This document shows, piece by piece, positions 1 through 16,945 of a DNA stretch of 64,000 nt. The DNA lies in assembly GCA_032718475.1 (NCBI GenBank), contig JAUCBJ010000916.1, positions 1 to 64,000 on the forward strand, written 5' to 3'. This DNA is from Nemertoderma westbladi. Its lineage: Eukaryota > Animalia > Xenacoelomorpha. Each line of letters begins with the position of its first letter. Within the stretch, counting starts at the first letter, position 1. The notes below the pieces were generated by a model that had not been told where the DNA came from, searched no databases, and was given only the letters and a program-made list of their open reading frames with translations. Made by a program: the position numbers and the translations under genes.

Positions 1-3000
1 TAAATTACATATAAATCACATACAGTGGATATAAATTATATATAGTAGATTTAAATTACATATAAATCACATACAGTGGATATAAATTATATATAGTAGA
101 TTTAAATTACATATAAATTACATACAGTAGATATAAATTACATACAGTAGATATAAATTACATATAGTAGATATAAATTACATATAAATCACATACAGTA
201 GATATAAATTATATATAAATCACATACAGTAGATATAAATTACATACAGTAGATTTAAATTACATATAAATCACATACAGTGGATATAAATTATATATAG
301 TAGATTTAAATTACATATAAATTACATACAGTAGATATAAATTACATATAGTAGATATAAATTACATATAAATCACATACAGTAGATATAAATTATATAT
401 AAATCACATACAGTAGATATAAATTACATACAGTAGATTTAAATTACATATAAATCACATACAGTAGATATAAATTATATATAAATCACATACAGTAGAT
501 ATAAATTATATACAGTAGATTTAAATTACATATAAATCACATACAGTGGATATAAATTATATACAGTAGATTTAAATTACATATAAATCACATACAGTGG
601 ATATAAATTATATATAGTAGATTTAAAATACATATAAATTACATACAGTAGATTTAAATTACATATAAATCACATACAGTGGATATAAATTATATACAGT
701 AGATTTAAATTACATATAAATCATATACAGTAGATATAAATTACATATAAATCACATACAGTGGATATAAATTATATACAGTAGATTTAAATTACATATA
801 AATCCCATACAGTGGATATAAATTATATATAGTAGATTTAAATTACATATAAATTACATACAGTAGATTTAAATTACATATAAATCACATACAGTGGATA
901 TAAATTATATACAGTAGATTTAAATTACATATAAATCACATACAGTGGATATAAATTATATATAGTAGATTTAAATTACATATAAATCACATACAGTGGA
1001 TATAAATTATATACAGTAGATATAAATTATATATAAATCACATACAGTGGATATAAATTATATACAGTAGATTTAAATTACATATAAATCACATACAGTG
1101 GATATAAATTATATATAGTAGATTTAAATTACATATAAATCACATACAGTGGATATAAATTATATATAGTAGATTTAAATTACATATAAATTACATACAG
1201 TAGATATAAATTACATATAGTAGATATAAATTACATATAAATCACATACAGTGGATATAAATTACATATAAATCACATACAGTGGATATAAATTATATAT
1301 AGTAGATTTAAATTACATATAAATCACATACAGTGGATATAAATTATATATAGTAGATTTAAATTACATATAAATCACATACAGTGGATATAAATTATAT
1401 ATAGTAGATTTAAATTACATATAAATTACATACAGTAGATTTAAATTACATATAAATTACATACAGTAGATATAAATTACATACAGTAGATATAAATTAC
1501 ATATAGTAGATATAAAATACATATAAATCACATACAGTAGATATAAATTATATATAAATCACATACAGTAGATATAAATTACATACAGTAGATTTAAATT
1601 ACATATAAATCATATACAGTGGATATAAATTATATACAGTAGATTTAAATTACATATAAATCACATACAGTGGATATAAATTATATATAGTAGATTTAAA
1701 TTACATATAAATTACATACAGTAGATTTAAATTACATATAAATCACATACAGTGGATATAAATTATATACAGTAGATTTAAATTACATATAAATCATATA
1801 CAGTAGATATAAATTACATATAAATCACATACAGTGGATATAAATAATATACAGTAGATTTAAATTACATATAAATCACATACAGTGGATATAAATTATA
1901 TATAGTAGATTTAAATTACATATAAATCACATACAGTGGATATAAATTATATATAGTAGATTTAAATTACATATAAATTACATACAGTAGATATAAATTA
2001 TATACAGTAGATATAAATTACATATAGTAGATATAAATTACATATAAATCACATACAGTGGATATAAATTACATATAAATCACATACAGTGGATATAAAT
2101 TATATACAGTAGATTTAAATTACATATAAATCACATACAGTGGATATAAATTATATATAGTAGATTTAAATTACATATAAATCACATACAGTGGATATAA
2201 ATTATATATAGTAGATTTAAATTACATATAAATTACATACAGTAGATATAAATTAAATACAGTAGATATAAATTACATATAGTAGATATAAATTACATAT
2301 AAATCACATACAGTAGATATAAATTATATATAAATCATATACAGTAGATATAAATTACATACAGTAGATTTAAATTACATATAAATCACATTCAGTGGAT
2401 ATAAATTATATACAGTAGATTTAAATTACATATAAATCACATACAGTGGATATAAATTATATACAGTAGATTTAAATTACATATAAATTACATACAGCAG
2501 ATATAAATTACATATAAATCACATACAGTAGATATAAATTACATATAAATCACATACAGTGGATATAAATTATATATAGTAGATTTAAATTACATATAAA
2601 TCACATACAGTGGATATAACTTACATATAAATCACATACAGTGGATATAAATTATATACAGTAGATTTAAATTACATATAAATCATATACAGTAGATATA
2701 AATTACATATAAATCACATACAGTGGATATAAATTATATACAGTAGATTTAAATTACATATAAATCCCATACAGTGGATATAAATTATATATAGTAGATT
2801 TAAATTACATATAAATTACATACAGTAGATTTAAATTACATATAAATCACATACAGTGGATATAAATTATATACAGTAGATTTAAATTACATATAAATCA
2901 CATACAGTGGATATAAATTATATATAGTAGATTTAAATTACATATAAATCACATACAGTGGATATAAATTATATACAGTAGATATAAATTATATATAAAT

Positions 3001-6000
3001 CACATACAGTGGATATAAATTATATACAGTAGATTTAAATTACATATAAATCACATACAGTGGATATAAATTATATATAGTAGATTTAAATTACATATAA
3101 ATCATATACAGTGGATATAAATTATATATAGTAGATTTAAATTACATATAAATTACATACAGTAGATATAAATTACATATAGTAGATATAAATTACATAT
3201 AAATCACATACAGTGGATATAAATTACATATAAATCACATACAGTGGATATAAATTATATACAGTAGTTTTAAATTACATATAAATCACATACAGTGGAT
3301 ATAAATTATATATAGTAGATTTAAATTACATATAAATCACATACAGTGGATATAAATTATATATAGTAGATTTAAATTACATATAAATTACATACAGTAG
3401 ATATAAATTACATACAGTAGATATAAATTACATATAGTAGATAAAAATACATATAAATCACATACAGTAGATATAAATTATATATAAATCACATACAGTA
3501 TATATAAATTACATACAGTAGATTTAAATTACATATAAATCACATACAGTGGATATAAATTATATACAGTAGATTTAAATTACATATAAATCACATACAG
3601 TGGATATAAATTATATATAGTAGATTTAAATTACATATAAATTACATACAGTGGATATAAATTATATACAGTAGATTTAAATTACATATAAATCACATAC
3701 AGTGGATATAAATTATATACAGTAGATTTAAATTACATATAAATCATATACAGTAGATATAAATTACATATAAATCACATACAGTGGATATAAATTATAT
3801 ATAGTAGATTTAAATTACATATAAATCACATACAGTGGATATAAATTATATATAGTAGATTTAAATTACATATAAATCACATACAGTGGATATAAATTAT
3901 ATATAGTAGATTTAAATTATATATAAATCACATACAGTGGATATAAATTATATATAATAGATTTAAATTACATATAAATTACATACAGTAAATTTAAATT
4001 ACATATAAATTACATACAGTAGATATAAATTACATACAGTAGATATAAATTACATATAGTAGATATAAAATACATATAAATCACATACAGTAGATATAAA
4101 TTATATATAAATCACATACAGTAGATATAAATTACATACAGTAGATTTAAATTACATATAAATCATATACAGTGGATATAAATTATATACAGTAGATTTA
4201 AATTACATATAAATCACATACAGTGGATATAAATTATATATAGTAGATTTAAATTACATATAAATTACATACAGTAGATTTAAATTACATATAAATCACA
4301 TACAGTGGATATAAATTATATACAGTAGATTTAAATTACATATAAATCATATACAGTAGATATAAATTACATATAAATCACATACAGTGGATATAAATAA
4401 TATACAGTAGATTTAAATTACATATAAATCACATACAGTGGATATAAATTATATATAGTAGATTTAAATTACATATAAATCACATACAGTGGATATAAAT
4501 TATATATAGTAGATTTAAATTACATATAAATTACATACAGTAGATATAAATTACATACAGTAGATATAAATTACATATAGTAGATATAAATTACATATAA
4601 ATCACATACAGTGGATATAAATTACATATAAATCACATACAGTGGATATAAATTATATACAGTAGATTTAAATTACATATAAATCACATACAGTGGATAT
4701 AAATTATATATAGTAGATTTAAATTACATATAAATCACATACAGTGGATATAAATTATATATAGTAGATTTAAATTACATATAAATTACATACAGTAGAT
4801 ATAAATTACATACAGTAGATATAAATTACATATAGTAGATATAAATTACATATAAATCACATACAGTAGATATAAATTATATATAAATCACATACAGTAG
4901 ATATAAATTACATACAGTAGATTTAAATTACATATAAATCACATACAGTGGATATAAATTATATATAGTAGATTTAAATTACATATAAATTACATACAGT
5001 AGATATAAATTACATATAGTAGATATAAATTACATATAAATCACATACAGTAGATATAAATTATATATAAATCACATACAGTAGATATAAATTACATACA
5101 GTAGATTTAAATTACATATAAATCACATACAGTAGATATAAATTATATATAAATCACATACAGTAGATATAAATTATATACAGTAGATTTAAATTACATA
5201 TAAATCACATACAGTGGATATAAATTATATACAGTAGATTTAAATTACATATAAATCACATACAGTGGATATAAATTATATATAGTAGATTTAAAATACA
5301 TATAAATTACATACAGTAGATTTAAATTACATATAAATCACATACAGTGGATATAAATTATATACAGTAGATTTAAATTACATATAAATCATATACAGTA
5401 GATATAAATTACATATAAATCACATACAGTGGATATAAATTATATACAGTAGATTTAAATTACATATAAATCCCATACAGTGGATATAAATTATATATAG
5501 TAGATTTAAATTACATATAAATTACATACAGTAGATTTAAATTACATATAAATCACATACAGTGGATATAAATTATATACAGTAGATTTAAATTACATAT
5601 AAATCACATACAGTGGATATAAATTATATATAGTAGATTTAAATTACATATAAATCACATACAGTGGATATAAATTATATACAGTAGATATAAATTATAT
5701 ATAAATCACATACAGTGGATATAAATTATATACAGTAGATTTAAATTACATATAAATCACATACAGTGGATATAAATTATATATAGTAGATTTAAATTAC
5801 ATATAAATCACATACAGTGGATATAAATTATATATAGTAGATTTAAATTACATATAAATTACATACAGTAGATATAAATTACATATAGTAGATATAAATT
5901 ACATATAAATCACATACAGTGGATATAAATTACATATAAATCACATACAGTGGATATAAATTATATATAGTAGATTTAAATTACATATAAATCACATACA

Positions 6001-9000
6001 GTGGATATAAATTATATATAGTAGATTTAAATTACATATAAATCACATACAGTGGATATAAATTATATATAGTAGATTTAAATTACATATAAATTACATA
6101 CAGTAGATTTAAATTACATATAAATTACATACAGTAGATATAAATTACATACAGTAGATATAAATTACATATAGTAGATATAAAATACATATAAATCACA
6201 TACAGTAGATATAAATTATATATAAATCACATACAGTAGATATAAATTACATACAGTAGATTTAAATTACATATAAATCATATACAGTGGATATAAATTA
6301 TATACAGTAGATTTAAATTACATATAAATCACATACAGTGGATATAAATTATATATAGTAGATTTAAATTACATATAAATTACATACAGTAGATTTAAAT
6401 TACATATAAATCACATACAGTGGATATAAATTATATACAGTAGATTTAAATTACATATAAATCATATACAGTAGATATAAATTACATATAAATCACATAC
6501 AGTGGATATAAATAATATACAGTAGATTTAAATTACATATATATCACATACAGTGGATATAAATTATATATAGTAGATTTAAATTACATATAAATCACAT
6601 ACAGTGGATATAAATTATATATAGTAGATTTAAATTACATATAAATTACATACAGTAGATATAAATTATATACAGTAGATATAAATTACATATAGTAGAT
6701 ATAAATTACATATAAATCACATACAGTGGATATAAATTACATATAAATCACATACAGTGGATATAAATTATATACAGTAGATTTAAATTACATATAAATC
6801 ACATACAGTGGATATAAATTATATATAGTAGATTTAAATTACATATAAATCACATACAGTGGATATAAATTATATATAGTAGATTTAAATTACATATAAA
6901 TTACATACAGTAGATATAAATTAAATACAGTAGATATAAATTACATATAGTAGATATAAATTACATATAAATCACATACAGTAGATATAAATTATATATA
7001 AATCATATACAGTAGATATAAATTACATACAGTAGATTTAAATTACATATAAATCACATTCAGTGGATATAAATTATATACAGTAGATTTAAATTACATA
7101 TAAATCACATACAGTGGATATAAATTATATACAGTAGATTTAAATTACATATAAATTACATACAGCAGATATAAATTACATATAAATCACATACAGTAGA
7201 TATAAATTACATATAAATCACATACAGTGGATATAAATTATATATAGTAGATTTAAATTACATATAAATCACATACAGTGGATATAACTTACATATAAAT
7301 CACATACAGTGGATATAAATTATATACAGTAGATTTAAATTACATATAAATCATATACAGTAGATATAAATTACATATAAATCACATACAGTGGATATAA
7401 ATTATATACAGTAGATTTAAATTACATATAAATCCCATACAGTGGATATAAATTATATATAGTAGATTTAAATTACATATAAATTACATACAGTAGATTT
7501 AAATTACATATAAATCACATACAGTGGATATAAATTATATACAGTAGATTTAAATTACATATAAATCACATACAGTGGATATAAATTATATATAGTAGAT
7601 TTAAATTACATATAAATCACATACAGTGGATATAAATTATATACAGTAGATATAAATTATATATAAATCACATACAGTGGATATAAATTATATACAGTAG
7701 ATTTAAATTACATATAAATCACATACAGTGGATATAAATTATATATAGTAGATATAAATTACATATAAATCACATACAGTGGATATAAATTACATATAAA
7801 TCACATACAGTGGATATAAATTATATACAGTAGTTTTAAATTACATATAAATCACATACAGTGGATATAAATTATATATAGTAGATTTAAATTACATATA
7901 AATCACATACAGTGGATATAAATTATATATAGTAGATTTAAATTACATATAAATTACATACAGTAGATATAAATTACATACAGTAGATATAAATTACATA
8001 TAGTAGATAAAAATACATATAAATCACATACAGTAGATATAAATTATATATAAATCACATACAGTATATATAAATTACATACAGTAGATTTAAATTACAT
8101 ATAAATCACATACAGTGGATATAAATTATATACAGTAGATTTAAATTACATATAAATCACATACAGTGGATATAAATTATATATAGTAGATTTAAATTAC
8201 ATATAAATTACATACAGTGGATATAAATTATATACAGTAGATTTAAATTACATATAAATCACATACAGTGGATATAAATTATATACAGTAGATTTAAATT
8301 ACATATAAATCATATACAGTAGATATAAATTACATATAAATCACATACAGTGGATATAAATTATATATAGTAGATTTAAATTACATATAAATCACATACA
8401 GTGGATATAAATTATATATAGTAGATTTAAATTACATATAAATCACATACAGTGGATATAAATTATATATAGTAGATTTAAATTACATATAAATCACATA
8501 CAGTGGATATAAATTATATATAATAGATTTAAATTACATATAAATTACATACAGTAAATTTAAATTACATATAAATTACATACAGTAGATATAAATTACA
8601 TACAGTAGATATAAATTACATATAGTAGATATAAAATACATATAAATCACATACAGTAGATATAAATTATATATAAATCACATACAGTAGATATAAATTA
8701 CATACAGTAGATTTAAATTACATATAAATCATATACAGTGGATATAAATTATATACAGTAGATTTAAATTACATATAAATCACATACAGTGGATATAAAT
8801 TATATATAGTAGATTTAAATTACATATAAATTACATACAGTAGATTTAAATTACATATAAATCACATACAGTGGATATAAATTATATACAGTAGATTTAA
8901 ATTACATATAAATCATATACAGTAGATATAAATTACATATAAATCACATACAGTGGATATAAATAATATACAGTAGATTTAAATTACATATAAATCACAT

Positions 9001-12000
9001 ACAGTGGATATAAATTATATATAGTAGATTTAAATTACATATAAATCACATACAGTGGATATAAATTATATATAGTAGATTTAAATTACATATAAATTAC
9101 ATACAGTAGATATAAATTACATACAGTAGATATAAATTACATATAGTAGATATAAATTACATATAAATCACATACAGTGGATATAAATTACATATAAATC
9201 ACATACAGTGGATATAAATTATATACAGTAGATTTAAATTACATATAAATCACATACAGTGGATATAAATTATATATAGTAGATTTAAATTACATATAAA
9301 TCACATACAGTGGATATAAATTATATATAGTAGATTTAAATTACATATAAATTACATACAGTAGATATAAATTACATACAGTAGATATAAATTACATATA
9401 GTAGATATAAATTACATATAAATCACATACAGTAGATATAAATTATATATAAATCATATACAGTAGATATAAATTACATACAGTAGATTTAAATTACATA
9501 TAAATCACATTCAGTGGATATAAATTATATACAGTAGATTTAAATTACATATAAATCACATACAGTGGATATAAATTATATACAGTAGATTTAAATTACA
9601 TATAAATTACATACAGCAGATATAAATTACATATAAATCACATACAGTAGATATAAATTACATATAAATCACATACAGTGGATATAAATTATATATAGTA
9701 GATTTAAATTACATATAAATCACATACAGTGGATATAACTTACATATAAATCACATACAGTGGATATAAATTATATACAGTAGATTTAAATTACATATAA
9801 ATCATATACAGTAGATATAAATTACATATAAATCACATACAGTGGATATAAATTATATACAGTAGATTTAAATTACATATAAATCCCATACAGTGGATAT
9901 AAATTATATATAGTAGATTTAAATTACATATAAATTACATACAGTAGATTTAAATTACATATAAATCACATACAGTGGATATAAATTATATACAGTAGAT
10001 TTAAATTACATATAAATCACATACAGTGGATATAAATTATATATAGTAGATTTAAATTACATATAAATCACATACAGTGGATATAAATTATATACAGTAG
10101 ATATAAATTATATATAAATCACATACAGTGGATATAAATTATATACAGTAGATTTAAATTACATATAAATCACATACAGTGGATATAAATTATATATAGT
10201 AGATTTAAATTACATATAAATCATATACAGTGGATATAAATTATATATAGTAGATTTAAATTACATATAAATTACATACAGTAGATATAAATTACATATA
10301 GTAGATATAAATTACATATAAATCACATACAGTGGATATAAATTACATATAAATCACATACAGTGGATATAAATTATATACAGTAGTTTTAAATTACATA
10401 TAAATCACATACAGTGGATATAAATTATATATAGTAGATTTAAATTACATATAAATCACATACAGTGGATATAAATTATATATAGTAGATTTAAATTACA
10501 TATAAATTACATACAGTAGATATAAATTACATACAGTAGATATAAATTACATATAGTAGATAAAAATACATATAAATCACATACAGTAGATATAAATTAT
10601 ATATAAATCACATACAGTATATATAAATTACATACAGTAGATTTAAATTACATATAAATCACATACAGTGGATATAAATTATATACAGTAGATTTAAATT
10701 ACATATAAATCACATACAGTGGATATAAATTATATATAGTAGATTTAAATTACATATAAATTACATACAGTGGATATAAATTATATACAGTAGATTTAAA
10801 TTACATATAAATCACATACAGTGGATATAAATTATATACAGTAGATTTAAATTACATATAAATCATATACAGTAGATATAAATTACATATAAATCACATA
10901 CAGTGGATATAAATTATATATAGTAGATTTAAATTACATATAAATCACATACAGTGGATATAAATTATATATAGTAGATTTAAATTACATATAAATTACA
11001 TACAGTAGATTTAAATTACATATAAATCACATACAGTGGATATAAATTATATACAGTAGATTTAAATTACATATAAATCACATACAGTGGATATAAATTA
11101 TATATAGTAGATTTAAATTACATATAAATCACATACAGTGGATATAAATTATATATAGTAGATTTAAATTACATATAAATTACATACAGTGGATTTAAAT
11201 TATATATAAATCACATACAGTGGATATAAATTATATACAGTAGATTTAAATTACATATAAATCATATACAGTAGATATAAATTACATATAAATCACATAC
11301 AGTGGATATAAATTATATACAGTAGATTTAAATTACATATAAATCACATACAGTAGATATAAATTACATATAAATCACATACAGTGGATATAAATTATAT
11401 ATAGTAGATTTAAATTACATATAAATCACATACAGTGGATATAAATTATATATAGTAGATTTAAATTACATATAAATTACATACAGTAGATTTAAATTAC
11501 ATATAAATCACATACAGTAGATATAAATTATATATAAATCACATACAGTGGATATAAATTATATACAGTAGATTTAAATTACATATAAATCACATACAGT
11601 GGATATAAATTATATATAGTAGATTTAAATTACATATAAATCACATACAGTGGATATAAATTATATACAGTAGATATAAATTATATATAAATCACATACA
11701 GTGGATATAAATTATATACAGTAGATTTAAATTACATATAAATCACAGACAGTGGATATAAATTATATATAGTAGATTTAAATTACATATAAATCACATA
11801 CAGTGGATATAAATTATATATAGTAGATTTAAATTACATATAAATTACATACAGTAGATATAAATTACATATAGTAGATATAAATTACATATAAATCACA
11901 TACAGTAGATTTAAATTACATATAAATCACATTCAGTGGATATAAATTATATACAGTAGATTTAAATTACATATAAATCACATACAGTGGATATAAATTA

Positions 12001-15000
12001 TATATAGTAGATTTAAATTACATATAAATCACATACAGTGGATATAACTTACATATAAATCACATACAGTGGATATAAATTATATACAGTAGATTTAAAT
12101 TACATATAAATCATATACAGTAGATATAAATTACATATAAATCCCATACAGTGGATATAAATTATATATAGTAGATTTAAATTACATATAAATTACATAC
12201 AGTAGATTTAAATTACATATAAATCACATACAGTGGATATAAATTATATACAGTAGATTTAAATTACATATAAATCACATACAGTGGATATAAATTATAT
12301 ATAGTAGATTTAAATTACATATAAATCACATACAGTGGATATAAATTATATACAGTAGATATAAATTATATATAAATCACATACAGTGGATATAAATTAT
12401 ATACAGTAGATTTAAATTACATATAAATCACATACAGTGGATATAAATTATATATAGTAGATTTAAATTATATATAAATCATATACAGTGGATATAAATT
12501 ATATATAGTAGATTTAAATTACATATAAATTACATACAGTAGATATAAATTACATATAGTAGATTTAAATTACATATAAATCACATACAGTGGATATAAA
12601 TTATATATAGTAGATTTAAATTACATATAAATTACATACAGTGGATTTAAATTACATATAAATCACATACAGTAGATATAAATTACATATAAATCACATA
12701 CAGTGGATATAAATTACATATAAATCACATACAGTGGATATAAATTATATATAGTAGATTTAAATTACATATAAATCACATACAGTGGATATAAATTATA
12801 TACAGTAGATTTAAATTACATATAAATCACATACAGTGGATATAAATTATATATAGTAGATTTAAATTACATATAAATTACATACAGTAGATATAAATTA
12901 CATATAAATCACATACAGCGGATATAAATTACATATAAATCACATACAGTGGATATAAATTATATATAGTAGATTTAAATTACATATAAATCACATACAG
13001 TGGATATAAATTATATACAGTAGATTTAAATTACATATAAATCACATACAGTGGATATAAATTATATATAGTAGATTTAAATTACATATAAATTACATAC
13101 AGTAGATTTAAATTACATATAAATCACATACAGTAGATATAAATTATATACAGTAGATTTAAATTACATATAAATCATATACAGTAGATATAAATTACAT
13201 ATAAATCATATACAGTGGATATAAATTATATACAGTAAATTTAAATTACATATAAATCACATACAGTGGATATAAATTATATATAGTAGATTTAAATTAC
13301 ATATAAATCACATACAGTGGATATAAATTATATACAGTAGATTTAAATTACATATAAATCACATACAGTGGATATAAATTATATATAGTAGATTTAAATT
13401 ACATATAAATCACATACAGTGGATATAAATTATATATAGTAGATTTAAATTACATATAAATTACATACAGTGGATATAAATCATATACAGTAGATATAAA
13501 TTACATATAAATCATATACAGTGGATATAAATTATATACAGTAGATTTAAATTACATATAAATCACATACAGTGGATATAAATTATATATAGTAGATTTA
13601 AATTACATATAAATCACATACAGTGGATATAAATTATATATAGTAGATTTAAATTACATATAAATCACATACAGTGGATATAAATTATATATAGTAGATT
13701 TAAATTACATATAAATTATATACAGTAGATTTAAATTACATATAAATCACATACAGTGGATATAAATTATATATAGTAGATTTAAATTACATATAAATCA
13801 CATACAGTGGATATAAATTATATATAGTAGATTTAAATTACATATAAATTACATACAGTGGATTTAAATTACATATAAATCACATACAGTGGATATAAAT
13901 TACATATAAATCACATACAGTAGATATAAATTACATACAGTAGATTTAAATTACATATAAATCACATACAGTGGATATAAATTATATATAGTAGATATAA
14001 ATTACATATAGTAGATATAAATTACATATAAATCACATACAGTAGATATAAATTATATATAGTAGATTTAAATTACATATAAATCACATACAGTGGATAT
14101 AAATTATATACAGTAGATTTAAATAACATATAAATCACATACAGTGGATATAAATTATATATAGTAGATATAAATTACATATAAATCACATACAGTGGAT
14201 ATAAATTACATATAAATCACATACAGTGGATATAAATCATATACAGTAGATATAAATTATATATAAATCACATACAGTAGATATAAATTACATACAGTAG
14301 ATTTAAATTACATATAAATCACATACAGTGGATATAAATTATATATAGTAGATATAAATTATATATAAATCACATACAGTAGATATAAATTACATACAGT
14401 AGATATAAATTACATATAGTAGATATAAATTACATATAAATCACATACAGTAGATATAAATTACATATAAATCACATACAGTGGATATAAATCATATACA
14501 GTAGATATAAATTATATATAAATCACATACAGTAGATATAAATTACATACAGTAGATTTAAATTACATATAAATCACATACAGTGGATATAAATTATATA
14601 CAGTAGATTTAAATTACATATAAATCACATACAGTGGATATAAATTATATACAGTAGATTTAAATTACATATAAATCACATACAGTAGATTTAAATTACA
14701 TATAAATCACATACAGTGGATATAAATTACATATAAATCACATACAGTGGATATAAATTACATATAGTAGATTTAAATTATATATAAATCATATACAGTG
14801 GATATAAATTATATATAGTAGATTTAAATTACATATAAATCACATACAGTAGATTTAAATTACATATAAATCACATACAGTGGATATAAATTATATACAA
14901 TAGATTTAAATTACATATAAATCACATACAGTAGATTTAAATTACATTTAAATCACATACAGTGGATATAAATTATATACAGTAGATTTAAATTACATAT

Positions 15001-16945
15001 AAATCACATACAGTAGATATGAATTACATATAAATCACATACAGTGGATATAAATCATATACAGTAGATATAAATTATATATAAATCACATACAGTAGAT
15101 ATAAATTACATACAGTAGATTTAAATTACATATAAATCACATACAGTGGATATAAATTATATACAGTAGATTTAAATTACATATAAATCACATACAGTGG
15201 ATATAAATTACATATAAATCACATACAGTGGATATAAATCATATACAGTAGATATAAATTATATATAAATCACATACAGTAGATATAAATTACATACAGT
15301 AGATTTAAATTACATATAAATCACATACAGTGGATATAAATTATATACAGTAGATTTAAATTACATATAAATCACATAGTGGATATAAATTATATACAAT
15401 AGATTTAAATTACATATAAATCACATACAGTAGATTTAAATTACATATAAATCACATACAGTGGATATAAATTATATACAGTAGATTTAAATTACATATA
15501 AATCACATACAGTAGATATAAATTACATATAAATCACATACAGTGGATATAAATTACATATAAATCACATACAGTGGATATAAATTATATACAGTAGATT
15601 TAAATTACATATAAATCACATACAGTAGATATAAATTACATATAAATTACATACAGAGGATATAAATTACATATAAATCACATGCAGTGGATATAAATTA
15701 CATACAGTAGATATAAATTACATATAAATCACATACAGTAGATATAAATTACATATAAATTACATACAGTAGATATAAATTACATATAAATCACATACAG
15801 TGGATATTAATTACATACAGTAGATTTAAATTACATATAAATCACATACAGTAGATATAAATTACATACAGTAGATATAAATTACATACAGTAGATATAA
15901 ATTACATATAATTCTCATACAGTGAATATAAATTACATATAAATCACATACAATAGATATAAATTACACATAAATCACATACAGTGGATATAAATTACAT
16001 ACAGTAGATATAAATTACATACAGTAGATATAAATTACATATAAATCACATAAAGTAGATATAAAGTACTTATAAATCACATACAGTGGATATAAATTGC
16101 ATACAGTAGATATAAATTACATATAAATCACATACAGTGGATATAAATTACATATAAATCACATACAGTAGATATAAATCACATACAGTAGATATAAATT
16201 ACATATAAACCACATACAGTGGATATAAATTACATAAAAATTACATACAGTAGATATAAATTACATATAAATCACATACTGTGGATATAAATTACATATA
16301 AATCACATACAGTAGATATAAATCACATACAGTAGATATAAATTATATACAGTAGATATAAATTACATATAAATCACATACAGTGGATATAAATTACATA
16401 TAAATAACATACAGTAGATATAAATTATATATAAATCACATACAGTGGATATAAATTACATATAAATCACATATGGTGGATATAAATTACATACAGTAGA
16501 TATAAATTACATATAAATCACATACAGTGGATATAAATTACATATAAATCACATACAGTAGATATAAATCACATACAGTAGATATAAATTACATATAAAT
16601 CATATACAGTGGATATAACTTACATATAAATCACATACAGTAGATATAAATCACATACAGTAGATATAAATCACATACAGTAGATATAAATTACATATAA
16701 ATCACATACAGTGGATATAAATTACATATAAATTACATACAGTAGATATAAATTACATATAAATCACATACAGTGGATATAAATTAAATATAAATCACAT
16801 ACAGTGGATAAAAATTACATATAAATCAAATACAGTGGATATAAATTACATACAGTGAATATAAATTACATACAGTAGATATAAATCACATACAGTGGAT
16901 ATAAATTACATATAAATCACATACAGTAGATATAAATCACATACA
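1..16945. repeat. AT-rich satellite array built from 11-bp (TATAAATYACA) and 9-bp (TACAGTRGA) words, giving 20-, 31- and 51-bp units
   Basis: Direct periodicity: a 51-bp unit at 1-102 and a 20-bp unit at 121-180. The array runs off the left edge of the window. Confidence 0.97.
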
